Source: an uncultured delta proteobacterium (lineage in GTDB: Bacteria > Myxococcota_A > Polyangia > Fen-1088). Taken from it: a stretch of 64,000 bases of DNA. The position numbers and the translations under genes were made by a program. The notes below the pieces were generated by a model. It made no database searches and was not told the DNA's origin. It saw nothing but the letters and a program-made list of their open reading frames with translations. The stretch spans positions 2,192,761 through 2,256,760 of the forward strand of contig CAVYGB010000002.1 of the NCBI GenBank assembly GCA_963767925.1, read 5' to 3'. Below, in pieces: positions 10,163 to 20,399 of this stretch. Every line of letters starts with the position of its first letter. Position 1 is the stretch's first letter.

Positions 10163-10431
10163 GGCGACCTCGGCAGCTTGCCTTGCCGGCGCGTCAGCGC
10201 GCGGATGGTTTTGCGGTACCCGTCGTCCACCGGGGGGAGCTCCTCCAGGAGCCGCAAGAAGTCGCCGATCGTGCTCTTCGCGGCGCGGCTGCTTGCGACC
10301 GGGATTATCCGGCACACCGCTTCCCCTCCCTTTTCGACGATGAATTCCTCGCCGCGGTAGCGTACACGTGACACGACGTCCGAAAAGGATCGGGCGGCCT
10401 CCGTGGCGGAGATCTTCTTCGGCGCAGCCAT
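10150..10431 (-). CDS. Phd/YefM-family antitoxin
   Basis: ISATEAARSFSDVVSRVRYRGEEFIVEKGG; overlaps the toxin start. Confidence 0.85.
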   Translation of the reverse strand: MAAPKKISATEAARSFSDVVSRVRYRGEEFIVEKGGEAVCRIIPVASSRAAKSTIGDFLRLLEELPPVDDGYRKTIRALTRRQGKLPRSPWES

Positions 10432-10718
10432 GACAATCAGATTATCAGATTCGGGCAAGCGAACCACCCTGTGGCGACCAGGTGCGCGGGCTGGTGAGCA
10501 CGTCCCGCTGTGAATCCCGTATACAACCAGGCGGTCGCGCTCGTGCGCCCTCGCGATGTACCGGCGGGGCTGCGGGCCCGCCCGCCGAGCGCGAGGCCAT
10601 CCGCCGGGCGATCGGACGGGGCACCGACGCCCCCAGAGGGGCGGGGCTCTTGCCATCGTAGTCGGGTTCCCCCCGGCGAGCGCGGGGGGGTGTATATTTG
10701 GGGGCGGATGGTGGGGTG

Positions 10719-13700
10719 ATGCTCAGCGAAGAGGAGGCTCGGGCGCCCGCTGAGAGGGGGCCAGCGGGGCGGCAGCGGCTCGATCGGTGGCTGCACCGGC
10801 GGGCGCTGTCCCTGGACGTCTTTCTCGAGCTCGCGATCGGCCTGGCCGAGGGGCTGGATCGCCTGCACACCCGGAAGCTGCTGCACCGGCACCTTCATCC
10901 CGGCAACGTGCTGGTGGACGAGGACGGCGTTCCGGCGCTCCTGGACCCTCAGGGCGCCGAGCTGGGCGCCGATGAGCTGGCCTACATGGCTCCCGAACAG
11001 ACGGGGCGCATGGATCGGGTGGCGGACGAGCGGGCGGACCTGTATTCGCTGGGGGCGATCTACCATCGGCTGCTGACCGGGGCGCCTCCTTTTGCCGGCA
11101 CCGATCCCATCGATCTGGTGCACGCCCACCTGGCCCGCCCGCCCACGGCGCCCGAGCAGCTCAATCCGCTGGTCCCGCCCGTCCTCTCGCAGCTCGTCTT
11201 GCGGCTGCTCGCCAAGATGCCGGAGCAGCGCTACCAGAGCGCGCAGACCCTGCTGACCGACCTTTACCACGCGCGGGCACGCCTCCGTCACGACGGCACC
11301 ATCACCCCCTTCGAGCTCGGCCGTGCCGACCTGGTTTCCGAGCTGCCGCTGCCGGCGACGCTGTTCGGCCGCGAGGGCGAGCTGCAGGCGCTGCAGGCGA
11401 GCTGGGCGACGGTCGCGGCCGGTGGGTCCCGGATCGTCCTTCTGGCCGGGGCCGCGGGCGCCGGCAAGTCCCGGCTGGCCCGGGCCCTGGAGACGCAGGT
11501 GACCGCCGAGGGTCAGGGCCGTTCCCTTTCGGGAACGTTCCCCCGCCGCCAGAACGCTTCCCCCTATGCCCCGGTGGTGGAGGCGCTGAGCGGCCTGTTG
11601 CGCCGTCTCCTGGCCGAACCGGAGCCGGTGCGCGCGGCCTGGGCGCGCGGGGTCCGGCTGGCCCTGGGCCGCAACGCCGCCGTCATCACCGGGCTGATCC
11701 CCGAGCTGGCCCGCCTGATCGGCCAGCCGCGGCCGGTGCGTGCCCTGGACCCGTCGGGGAACCGGAATCGATTCCAGCAGGCGTTCCTGGCGTTCATGCG
11801 GGCCCTCCTGGAACAGCAGCCGCTGCTGCTCTTTCTCGACGATCTGCAGTGGGCGGACGCGGAGTCCCTGCGCCTGGTGCAGACGCTGGCGAGCGCGCCC
11901 GACCTGTCGCGCTTGCTGCTCCTCGGGGCCTACCGCAGCGAGGGCGTCGAGCCCGAGCATCCCCTCCTGGCGACCATCGGCGCCCTCCGCGACGGGGAGG
12001 CCCGGCTCACCATCCTCGCCTTGCCGCCTCTCGAGGTGGCGAGCATCGCCGAGCTGTGCGCCGCCGCCCTGGATGCCGCGCCCGATCGGGTCTACCCGCT
12101 GGCCCAGGTGTTGCGGCGCAAGACCGCCGGCAACCCGTTCTTCGTCGAGCAGCTCCTTCGGTTTTTGCAGAAGACCGGACTGCTCCGCCGGGTCTCCGAC
12201 CGGGACGGGTGGGACTGGGAGCTGGCAGAGGTCGAGCGGGTGAACGTCACCGACAACGTGGCCGACCTGCTGATCGCCGCGCTTCACCACGTGCCCCAGC
12301 CGGTTCGCGCCGTGCTGGGTGCGGCCGCCTCCATCGGGCGGACGATCCCCCTGTCCTGGCTGGCCGTCGCCAGCGGCCAGCGCCCCGAGGAGATCGCCGC
12401 GGCGGTCCGCAGCGCGATCAGCGAGGGGTACCTGGTCGGCCTGCCCGGCGAGGCCAACGGACTCGATCCTGACGAGCAGCAGCGCTTTCAGTTCGCCCAC
12501 GACTGGTTGCAGCAGGCCTGCTTGCCGCTGCTCGCTGCCTCCGAGCAGCGGCGCCTGCACCTCGCCCTGGGGCGGCACCTGCTGTCGTCGGACCTCGAGG
12601 AGGGTCCGGCGGATGACCTGCTGCTGGCTGGGCTCGCGCACCTCGATCTCGTCCACGACGACCTCGGAACCCCGGAGGAACGGCTGCGCGTCTGCAGGCT
12701 GAACGGCCGGGCGGCCCGGCTGGCGCGGGCCACCTCGGCGTACGCCCAGGCGCTGGCGCACCTCCAGCGCGCCATCGCGCTTTTGCCGGCGGACCCCTGG
12801 ATGTACGAGCGGCCGCTCACCTTCTCGCTCTATCGCGACGCGCTCGAGTGCGCGCTGGTGTGCGACGCGCGGCCGCTGGCGGACACCCTGTTCCGGACCG
12901 CGCTCGAGGGACTGCCCCGGCCCCGCGACGCCAGCGATCTCTATCGGATCCGCAGCGACGCCGCCATGACTGGCGGCGCCATGGCGGAGGCGATCGAGTG
13001 GGCCCGCCGCGGGCTCCAGATCCTGGGGCTGGACCTGCCCGCGGCGGAGGCGGCCGCGGCGGGCGCGGAGGAGCTGCAGACCGCGCGCGCGAACCTGGCC
13101 CGGGTCACCTTCGAAGAGATCGCCAGCCGGCCCGCCCTCACCGACCCGGAGGTCGCATCCGCCATGGTGTTGCTGCGGGGGCTGCTGGCGCCCACCTACG
13201 TGACCGGCTCGGCGCTCTTCCCGTTCGTGCTGGGACGCCTGCTCAACCTGTCACTGGCGGGTGGACCTTCGGCCTCGTCGGCGACGGCCTACGCCTTTCA
13301 TGCGATGGTGCTGGCCTGCCAGAGCGGCGAGACCGCCGCCGGCCATCGCTTCGGCGAGCTGGCCCTGGCCCTCGCCGATCGGTTCGGCGACCCGGTGGAG
13401 AGGCTCGGGGCCAGCGCCGCCTTCCTCCACAACCTCGCCCCCTGGCGGACGCCCCTGCGGGCCATCGTTCCCCGCCTGTACCAGGTCCAGGCCCAAGGTC
13501 TGGAGTCGGGGGACATCCACCACGCCATGGCCTGCGCCGGCGGCGCGGCCATGATCCTCTTTCACCAGGGCGTCGAGCTCCACCGGGTGGTGCCGGCGCT
13601 CGAGGCGGTTATGGCCAGCTCGCGTCACGCCCACGTCCTGGGCAACGCCACGACCCTGGCCATCTACCGCCAGCACGCCGCCCGTCTGCAGGGCCTCGGC

Positions 13701-16187
13701 CGCGAGCCACCCTCCGTTCCGGGCGTCGATTCGACGGGCGAGACGATCACCCTGCCTGCTGCCTCGCTGCAGGAGGCGGCTTTCGTCCGGCAGCTCACCC
13801 CCCAGCAGCTCGGGACCTATCACTCCCTGCGCTTGCAGCTCTGCTACCTGCTGGGAGACCTGACCGGCGCCAGCGCGGCCAGCGCGGCTGCCCGGCCCCT
13901 GCTGACCCAGCCCCGGCTCTCGGTCTTGCTCTCGGAGCAGGTGTTTTACACGGCCCTGTGCCTGGCGGCTGGCGACGCGGGTCCGCCGGTCGCGGCGCTC
14001 GCCGATCTGGTCGAGCGGCTCCGGGTCTGGGCGGAGGACTGTCCCGAAAACTTCCGGCACAAGCACCTGCTGCTCGCCGCCGAGCTGGCCCGCATCGAGG
14101 GGCGAACGCTCGATGCCCAGCGGGGGTACGACGAGGCGATCCAGGCGGCCGCGCGCGAGCAGTTCCTGCAGGACGAGGCCCTCGCGCACGAGCTGGCCGC
14201 GCGCTTTCACCGCGCCGACGGCCGGCGGCGGTTCGCCGGGCTCTACCTTCGCGGCGCGCGCGAGCTGTACCGCAAGTGGGGAGCGGCGGCCAAGGTCGAG
14301 GCCCTGCAGGAGGAGTTTCCCGAAGAGGACAGCGACCCCGCGCCGGCGGATGGGCGCCGTCCCGGCCCGGAGGCCCACCTCCCCGCGGAGGTCTCGCTCG
14401 ACGTGAACACGCTCGTGCGGGCGGCGGAGGCAATCTCGCAGGAGGTCGCCCTCGCCCGCGTCCTGGACAAGCTGATGGAGGTCTGCCTGGCGACCACCGG
14501 CGCCGAGCGGGGGGCGGTGTTGCTGGTGGAGGAGGAGGGTCTGGTGCTGCGGGCGCGCCGCTCGCTCTCCGAGGCGACCTCGCTGCACCGGGAGCCGCTG
14601 GCCCGGACCGGGCACCTGCCGCGGATGATGGTGGAGAAGGTCGAGGAGTCGGGGGAGGTGCTCGTGCTGGCCGATGCCTCCGCGCACGTCGTCTTTGGCC
14701 AAGATCCTCACGTTCGCGCCCAGCGCGTGCGCTCCGCCCTGGTCCTGCCCATCTTTCGGCAAGGCCGCCTGACGGGCGTGCTCTATCTCGAGAACAACCT
14801 CGCCACCCGCGTCTTCAAGCCGGAGCGGGTGCGGCTCCTGCAGCTCCTCTCCTCCCAGATCGCGGGCGCGCTGGAGAACGGCCGCCTCTTCGAGCGGCTC
14901 GCCCGGGAGGAGCAGGCGCTGCGCTTTCTGGCCGAGGCGAGCGCCGCCCTCGGCGAGTCCCTGGACTACCAGCGGGCGCCGCGCCGGGTGGCGGAGCTGG
15001 CGGTGTCCTGGCTGGCGGACGCCTGCACGGTCTACCTCGTGGAGGGCGAGGAGGTGCGCGGGATGGCCTCGGCCAGCGCGGATCCCACCCGGCAGCCCGG
15101 CCTGGATCAGATGAACCGCCGCCTGACCGAGAACGGGTTGCCCCCCTTCGTCAGGCAGGTGCTGCGGTCGGGCGCCCCGATCTTCCTGCCCGAGGTCGGG
15201 CGCGATGACCTCGCCCACTACGCCCAGGACGAGCAGGTGATCCAGCTCCTCGAGGCGATGGGGATGCGGAGCGCGATGGTGCTGCCGCTGTCCGCCCGCG
15301 GTCGCATCGTCGGGGTCATCAGCCTGGTGGCCACCGATCCCAGCCGCCGCTGGAACGACGGGGACCTGGCGGTGGCGACCGAGCTGGCCCGCCGGGCGGC
15401 AGCGGCCATCGACAACGCCCGCCTCTACCATCAGAAGGAAGAGGCGGTGCGCCTGCGCGACGAGTTTCTCTCCATCGCCTCCCACGAGCTCCGGACCCCC
15501 ATCGCCTCACTGCGCTTGATGACCGACATGATCGGGGCGAGCGGCAGCGGCCGGCCCGGATCGTCAGAGCCCGAGCCCGCCGAGGCGGCGCTGACCGGCC
15601 CCGAGCTCACCCGGGCGGTGGCGCTGATCGGGCGGCAGGCCCGCCGGCTCCAGACGCTGGTGGGCGACCTGCTGGACGTGGAGCAGATCCGCACCGGCGC
15701 GCTGCGGATCCACCTCGAGCCGGTCGAACTGGTCGAGGTCGCGCAGAACGCCGTCCGCACCTACCGCCTGGAGGCGGAGCGTGCCGGCTGCCAGGTGGAG
15801 GTCGCCGCCGCCGCGCCCGTCGTGGGCCGCTGGGACCGCCTGCGGCTCGAGCAGGTCCTGGCCAACCTGCTCTCCAACGCCTTCAAGTTCGCCCCCGGCG
15901 CCCCGGTCGAGATCGCCGTCTCCGCGCTCCCCGGGGCGGCCCGCCTGGTGGTCAGCGACCGCGGCATCGGCATCCCCGCCGAGCGCCTCCCCCACCTCTT
16001 CCGCCGCTTCGAGCGCGCCGTCCCCGCCGACAACTACGGCGGCCTGGGCCTGGGCCTCTACATCGTCAAGAGCATCGTGGAAAGCCTGCGCGGCGAGGTC
16101 TCGGTGGAGAGCGTCCCCCAGCGATCCACCCGCTTCATCGTCACCCTCCCGCTGGACCCCCACGCCGGCGTCCTCACCGGCGCCTGA
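10719..16187 (+). CDS. Degenerate Ser/Thr kinase - AAA/STAND ATPase - two GAF - HisKA/HATPase sensor kinase
   Basis: YMAPEQTGR, GAAGAGKS, LDDLQWAD, YLENN GAF, SHELRTP, NAFKF, DRGIG, GLGLGL. Confidence 0.93.
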   Translation: MLSEEEARAPAERGPAGRQRLDRWLHRRALSLDVFLELAIGLAEGLDRLHTRKLLHRHLHPGNVLVDEDGVPALLDPQGAELGADELAYMAPEQTGRMDRVADERADLYSLGAIYHRLLTGAPPFAGTDPIDLVHAHLARPPTAPEQLNPLVPPVLSQLVLRLLAKMPEQRYQSAQTLLTDLYHARARLRHDGTITPFELGRADLVSELPLPATLFGREGELQALQASWATVAAGGSRIVLLAGAAGAGKSRLARALETQVTAEGQGRSLSGTFPRRQNASPYAPVVEALSGLLRRLLAEPEPVRAAWARGVRLALGRNAAVITGLIPELARLIGQPRPVRALDPSGNRNRFQQAFLAFMRALLEQQPLLLFLDDLQWADAESLRLVQTLASAPDLSRLLLLGAYRSEGVEPEHPLLATIGALRDGEARLTILALPPLEVASIAELCAAALDAAPDRVYPLAQVLRRKTAGNPFFVEQLLRFLQKTGLLRRVSDRDGWDWELAEVERVNVTDNVADLLIAALHHVPQPVRAVLGAAASIGRTIPLSWLAVASGQRPEEIAAAVRSAISEGYLVGLPGEANGLDPDEQQRFQFAHDWLQQACLPLLAASEQRRLHLALGRHLLSSDLEEGPADDLLLAGLAHLDLVHDDLGTPEERLRVCRLNGRAARLARATSAYAQALAHLQRAIALLPADPWMYERPLTFSLYRDALECALVCDARPLADTLFRTALEGLPRPRDASDLYRIRSDAAMTGGAMAEAIEWARRGLQILGLDLPAAEAAAAGAEELQTARANLARVTFEEIASRPALTDPEVASAMVLLRGLLAPTYVTGSALFPFVLGRLLNLSLAGGPSASSATAYAFHAMVLACQSGETAAGHRFGELALALADRFGDPVERLGASAAFLHNLAPWRTPLRAIVPRLYQVQAQGLESGDIHHAMACAGGAAMILFHQGVELHRVVPALEAVMASSRHAHVLGNATTLAIYRQHAARLQGLGREPPSVPGVDSTGETITLPAASLQEAAFVRQLTPQQLGTYHSLRLQLCYLLGDLTGASAASAAARPLLTQPRLSVLLSEQVFYTALCLAAGDAGPPVAALADLVERLRVWAEDCPENFRHKHLLLAAELARIEGRTLDAQRGYDEAIQAAAREQFLQDEALAHELAARFHRADGRRRFAGLYLRGARELYRKWGAAAKVEALQEEFPEEDSDPAPADGRRPGPEAHLPAEVSLDVNTLVRAAEAISQEVALARVLDKLMEVCLATTGAERGAVLLVEEEGLVLRARRSLSEATSLHREPLARTGHLPRMMVEKVEESGEVLVLADASAHVVFGQDPHVRAQRVRSALVLPIFRQGRLTGVLYLENNLATRVFKPERVRLLQLLSSQIAGALENGRLFERLAREEQALRFLAEASAALGESLDYQRAPRRVAELAVSWLADACTVYLVEGEEVRGMASASADPTRQPGLDQMNRRLTENGLPPFVRQVLRSGAPIFLPEVGRDDLAHYAQDEQVIQLLEAMGMRSAMVLPLSARGRIVGVISLVATDPSRRWNDGDLAVATELARRAAAAIDNARLYHQKEEAVRLRDEFLSIASHELRTPIASLRLMTDMIGASGSGRPGSSEPEPAEAALTGPELTRAVALIGRQARRLQTLVGDLLDVEQIRTGALRIHLEPVELVEVAQNAVRTYRLEAERAGCQVEVAAAAPVVGRWDRLRLEQVLANLLSNAFKFAPGAPVEIAVSALPGAARLVVSDRGIGIPAERLPHLFRRFERAVPADNYGGLGLGLYIVKSIVESLRGEVSVESVPQRSTRFIVTLPLDPHAGVLTGA

Positions 16188-16234
16188 GCGAGAGCCGGCG
16201 GGCCAACTTCCGCCATTCGAAGAACGGCTACGCG

Positions 16235-16557
16235 GTGGCGGGCGTGCTGCACCACGAGCTGATCGCCGACAAGTTCAACTTCGCGTCGGGCACCGCGGAT
16301 CCGAAGATCTGGGATGAGATCTCCCGCGAGGACGTCTGGACCTTGTGGGTCTTCAACCTGAAGACGGGGACCGCGAAGGAGTTCCTGGCCTCCCCGGCGG
16401 GTACTTCCAGACCGCCGTGCTGGAAGGCCGCGCCTTCGTGATCGCCTACTCCGACACCACGGGCAAGAGCACCGTCTACGAGCTGGCCGACGACGGCGCC
16501 CTCGACCAGCGCTTCACCGTCCCGGGCGACTTCGTCAAGTGGCAGCGCGTGCGCTGA
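16235..16557 (+). pseudogene. Frameshifted C-terminal remnant of a myxobacterial beta-rich lipoprotein (possibly MxcI-like)
   Basis: Two overlapping short frames with coding-like composition ending ..STVYEL..RFTVPGDFVKWQRVR. Confidence 0.45.
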
Positions 16558-16570
16558 GCCGCGGCCAGCG

Positions 16571-16875
16571 GACCCCTCACCCCTCCCTGTACCCGCTGCC
16601 GCGGGGCGCGGGCCAACAGCCGGCGAGGTGTCCCCGGTGGCGCGGACTCGGCGAGATTTTCGCTCTCCTCTGAGCCGGCGAGGTGTCCCCGATTCTCATT
16701 CAGGGGGGTACATATGGCACGGACTCGGCGAGATTTTCGCTCTCCTCTGAGCCGGCGAGGTGTCCCCGATTCTCATTCAGGGGGGTACATATGGCACGGA
16801 CTCGGCGAGATTTTCGCTCCCCCTGACCCGTTCGCCCTCGCCCCGCGGAGCGGGGAGAGGGAGGGGTGAGGGGTC
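16571..16875. repeat. Composite repeat: inverted REP-like palindromes enclosing ~2.5 copies of a 77-bp tandem repeat
   Basis: GACCCCTCACCCCTCCCT (16571) vs AGGGAGGGGTGAGGGGTC (16858); GGACTCGGCGAGATTTTCGCTC at 16644, 16721, 16798. Confidence 0.85.
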
Positions 16876-16941
16876 TCCGGGCAATCGTTACGTGCTCCGG
16901 GCCGGTGCAGGGATCCGCACCAGGCGCGGGCACATACGCGT

Positions 16942-17427
16942 TCAGTTCGAGCCGGGGGCCGGCGGGGGCGGGGGCGTCGGCGGGGTCGCGGCCGGGGGGC
17001 AGGCTTCGAATGCGGCTTCGAAGCGATCGGCGCAGGCCTCGCGCTGGCCGGGGTTCGCGCGCAGGCACTGGGCGAAGGCCGTGCGCGCGGCCCGCGCGCA
17101 CTGGGCGTCACGGGCCGGTGGCGGCGGTGGGGGTGGGGGCGCCCCGGTGCACGCTCGGGCGGCGGCCTCGGCGCGATCGCTGCAAGCCTCGCGCTGGTCG
17201 GGGTTCGCGCGCAGGCACTCGGCGAAAGCCTCGCGCACATCGATCAGGCACTGCCGCTGCGCCGGGTCCCGCGCCGGGGGGGGCGGTGGGGCCGGCCGGG
17301 CGAGAGAGGAGATCGCCTCGGGCTCGGGGGACGAAAGGTCGGCGCCGTCCTCCTCCGGCCCGGCGCAGGCGGCGAAGAGGCAGGCGATCGCGAGCGTCGA
17401 GCTGGCGCATGCAGTTCGTAGGGTCAT
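16942..17427 (-). CDS. Lipoprotein with two Cys-rich helical repeats
   Basis: AGGAG RBS, LFAAC lipobox, repeat C..AFAxCLRANPxQREACxDRxEAAxxAC twice, proline linkers. Confidence 0.8.
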   Translation of the reverse strand: MTLRTACASSTLAIACLFAACAGPEEDGADLSSPEPEAISSLARPAPPPPPARDPAQRQCLIDVREAFAECLRANPDQREACSDRAEAAARACTGAPPPPPPPPARDAQCARAARTAFAQCLRANPGQREACADRFEAAFEACPPAATPPTPPPPPAPGSN

Positions 17428-17516
17428 GAGGTGGTCTCCTTGATCGTGCGGTTGACTCGCCGACGTGAATGGCGCGAGCCCGCCGTCCCTTCGAAAAAAG
17501 CGACGGCGCAGCGCGA

Positions 17517-18050
17517 TCAGGGCGCCGGCGGAGGCGGCGGGGGCGGGGGGAGGCCGGCGTCCGCCGCTGCCCCCGGGTCCACGCGCAGGACCTGGAAGGC
17601 GACGAGCCGATCGATGTCTGCCTCGGCCGTCCCGGAGTCGGGTCTCAGGGTCGAGGCCAGCCGCGCGCGGCGGCCGTCGCTGTCCTCTTCCTCGATGAAC
17701 AGGCGGTCGGTCGGCGTCCCGGGCGTCACCGGCAGGCGCAGGCGGGCGGGGATCGCGAGGGTCGTCCCGGCCGGCTGCACGATCACCGCGGGGCCGGCGG
17801 GCAGGGTCGCCGCGCCGGCAAGGTTCCGGCCGCCACGCTCGATCCGGATCTCGAGATCGTGGGGGAGCGACCCGGGCGGGATGCGTAGCCAGACGCCGGC
17901 CAGCACCGGGTCCTCCTCGGCGGTGACGGTGATCAGGGCCCCGCGGGCCGCCAGCACCAGCACCCCCTTCCCCGCGACCGACCCGACGACCTCCCGGTCC
18001 TGACAGCCGGCCGCGGCGAGCGCGAGGAGGAGGGCGACGCGGCCGCTCAT
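17517..18050 (-). CDS. Lipoprotein with a ZU5-like domain
   Basis: AAAGC lipobox; GVWLRIPPGSL..GPAVIVQPAGTTLAIPARLRLP; ATGA overlap with upstream gene. Confidence 0.7.
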   Translation of the reverse strand: MSGRVALLLALAAAGCQDREVVGSVAGKGVLVLAARGALITVTAEEDPVLAGVWLRIPPGSLPHDLEIRIERGGRNLAGAATLPAGPAVIVQPAGTTLAIPARLRLPVTPGTPTDRLFIEEEDSDGRRARLASTLRPDSGTAEADIDRLVAFQVLRVDPGAAADAGLPPPPPPPPAP

Positions 18051-19738
18051 CGGTCGGCCCCGAGCGCCTGCTCGACGTCGCCGCGGTGTCGCCCGGAGGG
18101 GAAGCGGCGCAGGTACTCGCGCAGGCGGGCGCGCGCGCCCGCCGGGTCGCCGAGCTGGCGGCGGCAATAGGCCGAGGCGTGCAGGGCCTCCTCGGCGAGC
18201 GGGCCCGTCCCGCCGGCCAGCGCCCCGTACTCCCGCTCGGCGCGGGCGCAGTCGCCGCCGTCGCGGGCCAGGTTCGCGCGCAACAGGCGCAGCTCGTCGC
18301 GCCGCTCGTTCGCCGGATACCGGGCGACGAAGGCGTCGATCTCGCGCGCGGCGTCGGTCAGCGCCCGGGCCCGCAGCGCGGCCTCGATCAGCGACAGGTC
18401 GACCTCGGGCCCGAGCCCGCTCTCCGGGAAGCGGCGCCGGTGCTCGAGGAACACCCGCCGCGCCTTCTCCGGCTCGTCGAGCTTCTTGAGCAGCAGCAGC
18501 CCCCGCTCGTAGAGCGCCAGCTCGGCCCGGGGGCCCTCGGCCGAAAGCCGCGCGAAGGAGGCGGCTGCCTGCGCGTAGCGACCGCGGGATGCGAGGGCCT
18601 GGGCCTCCCGGTAGGGATCTCGCCCGGCGGGCGCCGGCGGGTCGGGAGATGCGGGCGGGGCTGCCGCGGGAGCGGGCGAGACCTCCGTGGGCGGGGCCGA
18701 GGCCGCAACCGGAGCGGCGGGGGTCGGGGCGGGTGGCGGGATCGGTGAAGGCGGAGGGACTGGCGGCGCCGGGCTCCGGGAGGGGGAGGGGCGGGCGGCC
18801 GGGAGGGGAAGGGATGGCGGAGGCGCCGCCGCGAGCCGGCGGGCGGGAAGGTGGCGCGCCCGCTTCTCGCGCGCGATTGCCAGTCGCTTCGCGTGCTGCT
18901 GGCTGTGCGACCGCGGCGACGCGGTGGGGGTGATCGGCGGCGACGCGGCGGAGGCGATCGGCGCAGGCGCGATCGGCGCGGATGCAACCGGCGCCACGGC
19001 GGTTGAAACACCCGGGGAGGGAGAGTCGGGAACGGCGGCGCTCGCGCGCGACGACCAGACTTGCCCCGGGCCGACCAGCCGCTCCACCCCGGGGCCCGTC
19101 ACCCGCACGCGCCCCTCGGTGACCGTGACGTCGACCGCGCCGTCGGCGGTAGCCCGCACCGCGAACACCGTGCCCACCACGACGACGGAGTAGCCGGCCG
19201 CGCCCACCACCACCGGGCGGTCGGGCGGGCGGCGTCGGACGGTGAGGGCGACCTCGCCGCGCTCGAGCTGGATCGCGACGCCGCCCGACCCGCGCCGGCT
19301 CAGCTTCGCGCCCGTGGCCCGGCCGAGGCGCAGCTCGAGGTCGGCAAAGCGTACGACGGCGCCACCACGGGCCCCGGTCGCCACCCTGGCGCCGTCGCCG
19401 ACGGCGGCCCCCGCTCCGGCCGCGGCGGCCGACTGCCCGCGCGCCTCGATCCGCAGCTCGCCGTCGCTCGAGGCGATCCGGGCCAGGGGCTCGGCGGTCC
19501 CGCTCCCCCGGACCGCCCACCACACGAACAGCGCCGCGGCCGCGCCGGCGACCGCGACCAGGTGCCAGCCGCGCCTCCCCTCCTGCCAGCGGGAGAGCCC
19601 CCCCGCGATCACCCGCTGGCGCGCCCCGGGCGGCACCGCCACCGGCCGGGCGACCGAAGCGATGAGGCGCGCCGCCTCCGACCCGCTCCGCTGCTCGACC
19701 ATCCGGCGCGGCCCCCGTCCGTCCCGCTCGTCGCCCAT
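18047..19738 (-). CDS. FecR-domain anti-sigma factor with proline linker and C-terminal TPR-like repeats
   Basis: TM helix; LERGEV, VVVVGTVFAV, VTEGRVRV FecR motifs; YLRRFPSG TPR-like end; coupled to the sigma gene. Confidence 0.85.
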   Translation of the reverse strand: MGDERDGRGPRRMVEQRSGSEAARLIASVARPVAVPPGARQRVIAGGLSRWQEGRRGWHLVAVAGAAAALFVWWAVRGSGTAEPLARIASSDGELRIEARGQSAAAAGAGAAVGDGARVATGARGGAVVRFADLELRLGRATGAKLSRRGSGGVAIQLERGEVALTVRRRPPDRPVVVGAAGYSVVVVGTVFAVRATADGAVDVTVTEGRVRVTGPGVERLVGPGQVWSSRASAAVPDSPSPGVSTAVAPVASAPIAPAPIASAASPPITPTASPRSHSQQHAKRLAIAREKRARHLPARRLAAAPPPSLPLPAARPSPSRSPAPPVPPPSPIPPPAPTPAAPVAASAPPTEVSPAPAAAPPASPDPPAPAGRDPYREAQALASRGRYAQAAASFARLSAEGPRAELALYERGLLLLKKLDEPEKARRVFLEHRRRFPESGLGPEVDLSLIEAALRARALTDAAREIDAFVARYPANERRDELRLLRANLARDGGDCARAEREYGALAGGTGPLAEEALHASAYCRRQLGDPAGARARLREYLRRFPSGRHRGDVEQALGADR

Positions 19739-20319
19739 CACCGCGTGTACCCCAGCTTTCTCAGGATGCGCTCGAAGTCCCGGCGCGCGTAGTGGAGGCG
19801 CGACCAGACCGTCTCGACCTTGCAGCCCACCAGCTCGGCGACCTCCTCGCAGGCCAGGCCCTCGATCTCGAAGAGCACCAGCACCTCGCGCTTGCGCGCC
19901 CCCATGCGCCGGAGGACGGCGTCGACGACCGCTTTGTCCTCGCGCGCCTCGAAGGCGCGGTCGGGCCGCAGCGGCGGCGGCGCGACGGTGGGCTCGCGTC
20001 CGAACAGCCGGCGCAGCCCCTCGCGGAAGCGGCGCTGGCGGTGGCGGTCCGCGACGATGTTGGCCACCATCCGGTACAGCCAGGTCGAAAATCGCCCCTC
20101 CAGGAACGAGGAGAGCTTGCGGAAGGCGACCACGAAGACCTCCTGGCAGATGTCCTCGACCTCCGATGCGTCCGCGCCCAGCCGCCAGGCCGAGCGGTAG
20201 ACGAAGTCGAAGTGCGCCGCATAAAGCTCGTTCCAGGCACGCTCCTCCCCCTGCCGGCACCGCGCCAGCACCTCGCTGTCCCAGGAGGACAGCGCCGAGT
20301 GGGCCACTTTCTCGACCAC
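19738..20319 (-). CDS. ECF RNA polymerase sigma factor
   Basis: EDICQEVF, FSTWLYR, VLFEIEGL, VWSRLHYAR; start approximate. Confidence 0.9.
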   Translation of the reverse strand: MVEKVAHSALSSWDSEVLARCRQGEERAWNELYAAHFDFVYRSAWRLGADASEVEDICQEVFVVAFRKLSSFLEGRFSTWLYRMVANIVADRHRQRRFREGLRRLFGREPTVAPPPLRPDRAFEAREDKAVVDAVLRRMGARKREVLVLFEIEGLACEEVAELVGCKVETVWSRLHYARRDFERILRKLGYTR

Positions 20320-20399
20320 GGCGATCTCGTCCCCGGTTCCCGCCGTGGATTGCGCGAGGTCGGTCCCCCCTTCAAAAAAAGATCGCGCCCGCCAGCCGA

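Noticed and set aside
10437..15485. Long alternative-frame ORFs (e.g. 10437..12761, 12848..15208, 13251..15485; likewise 19242..21668, 62206..63726)
   Set aside because: Shadow ORFs of high-GC genes, overlapping well-supported CDSs and lacking motifs
16619..16820. Possible CRISPR array
   Set aside because: Units are identical end to end with no unique spacers, and no cas genes are present
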